A program made the translations under genes and the position numbers. A DNA stretch of 32,000 nt from Massilicoli timonensis. GTDB lineage: Bacteria; Bacillota_I; Bacilli_A; Erysipelotrichales; Erysipelotrichaceae. Positions 31,073 to 32,000 of this stretch are shown in pieces (the first letter of the stretch is position 1; each line of letters starts with the position of its first letter). Under the pieces are notes generated by a model that saw only the letters and a program-made list of their open reading frames with translations, made no database searches and was not told the origin of the DNA. Where the stretch lies: positions 1,532,180 to 1,564,179 of the forward strand of contig NZ_LT963434.1 in assembly GCF_900199515.1 (NCBI RefSeq), read 5' to 3'.

Positions 31073-32000
31073 TCACTCATTTTCGGCCTTATACCAGTAA
31101 ACAGAGCCGCTGCTGCTTTCTTTTCCGCTGATCGGATCGACTCGTTTTTCAATGATCGCATCACTGCGCTTATACCAGCTCCCGCCTCCCTCTGGATAAA
31201 GGGCATTGAACGTATCTCGCCAGATCAGTTTCGGGGTCTTAAAGTAAGCTTCATCCAGCTCAGAATGATCGTCATTGCCGCTCCATACGGCAACACAGTA
31301 GTCGGGATTAAAGCCTGCCGCCAGTGCATCATAATCACTGGTGCCGCTTTTTCCCGCCACCTTGACATTCGGCACGGCATCCAGCAGGGTCGGTACATTA
31401 TGCCCGATATTCTTTGGATCATAGGTGGCTGTCAACAACTGATTTAAGATCAGTGTTTCATCACGCAGCAGCAGTCGTTTGCAGGCGATCTCTTTCTCGT
31501 AAATGATCTTGCCGTTCCCATCGGTAATATGATCGATGAAAGACGGTTCTTCATATAATCCTTCTGATGCAAAGGCAGTATAGATTTTTGCCAGCTCTAA
31601 GATCGACATCTGTGTCGTGCCCAGTGCCATCGAAGGATTTTCCTCTACATCTTCGATCCCAAATGAGAGCAGCGCTTCCTTTAAGGTATCCATTCCTAAA
31701 AACAGATGGGTCTTTTCCGCATAAATATTGTCGCTGACCGCAATCGCCTGTATCATGGAAATATCCCGATAAGCGTAAATATCCTTAAAATTAGTCGGTG
31801 CGTAAGTTGTTTTTTCATCGATCTGGAAGGTGGTCGGCTGTGAGGTAAAGGTAGTGGATGGGGTGAAGCCTTGCTGCAGGGCGGTATAGTAAAGCAGCGG
31901 CTTGATCGTGGAAGCAACCTGCCGTTTGGCATAAAGCGCACGATTATAAGAGGATAACGTATAATCTTTTCCTCCGGCGATCGCTTTCACCTTAAAGGTA
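31073..32000 (-). CDS. penicillin-binding protein, transpeptidase domain (5' part runs off the window)
   Basis: SxxK motif ASTIKPLLYY and KSG motif VAGKSGTSDYD. The ORF stays open to the window edge. Confidence 0.8.
   Translation of the reverse strand, partial: TFKVKAIAGGKDYTLSSYNRALYAKRQVASTIKPLLYYTALQQGFTPSTTFTSQPTTFQIDEKTTYAPTNFKDIYAYRDISMIQAIAVSDNIYAEKTHLFLGMDTLKEALLSFGIEDVEENPSMALGTTQMSILELAKIYTAFASEGLYEEPSFIDHITDGNGKIIYEKEIACKRLLLRDETLILNQLLTATYDPKNIGHNVPTLLDAVPNVKVAGKSGTSDYDALAAGFNPDYCVAVWSGNDDHSELDEAYFKTPKLIWRDTFNALYPEGGGSWYKRSDAIIEKRVDPISGKESSSGSVYWYKAENE

Noticed and set aside
1-32000. tRNA, rRNA or other canonical RNA genes
   Set aside because: I noticed no cloverleaf-like or rRNA-like sequence, and every large gap is accounted for by hairpins or regulatory sequence. 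I could not run tRNAscan or Infernal, so small RNAs cannot be excluded.

Overview
The first ~26.6 kb of this window is the right-hand part of a GC-rich (~60% by eye) Tn1549/CTn-like integrative conjugative element (ICE). It carries the clostridial CD1107-CD1115-type T4SS gene set. The left end lies outside the window and the right end follows a large serine recombinase (25121-26602). The rest is AT-rich (~35-40% by eye) Firmicutes chromosome: a sensor kinase/response regulator pair, miaA and a PBP. From left to right the ICE holds these modules. (1) Tandem sigma-region-4-like HTH paralogs, a DUF3847-like gene, a MobA/MobL relaxase and a DinJ-YafQ TA pair. (2) A Cys-rich VLP cassette, a replisome organizer, a DnaC-like loader and TnpW. 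(3) A 5'-truncated T4CP followed by Maff2, VirB6-like, SpoVG-like, two orphan DNA methyltransferases, PrgI-like, VirB4, an NlpC/P60 hydrolase, DUF4315 and CD1107-like genes. (4) A second VLP cassette, MobC and a second relaxase. (5) An XRE regulator and a very AT-rich TetR + nitroreductase cargo islet. (6) A fifth sigma-like gene, small ORFs and the recombinase. The most unusual signal is a 19-25 bp palindrome (ACTTCTGGACA-AAG/CTT-TGTCCAGARGT). It occurs 12 times between 8.7 and 26.4 kb, almost always at gene or module boundaries, is sometimes translated in frame into protein termini, and is absent from the left 8.7 kb and from the chromosome. Other points worth a second look: ATA/ATC/ATT codons at the SD-positioned, homolog-expected start of both relaxases and other conserved genes; a strong terminator directly before relaxase 2; two relaxase systems combined with a truncated coupling protein; a GAGATA iteron-like tract inside the replisome organizer gene; duplicated CxxC-peptide + VLP cassettes with a shared downstream motif; and a 350-bp GC-rich structured non-coding region. 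All family names come from recognising motifs in the translations, not from database searches.
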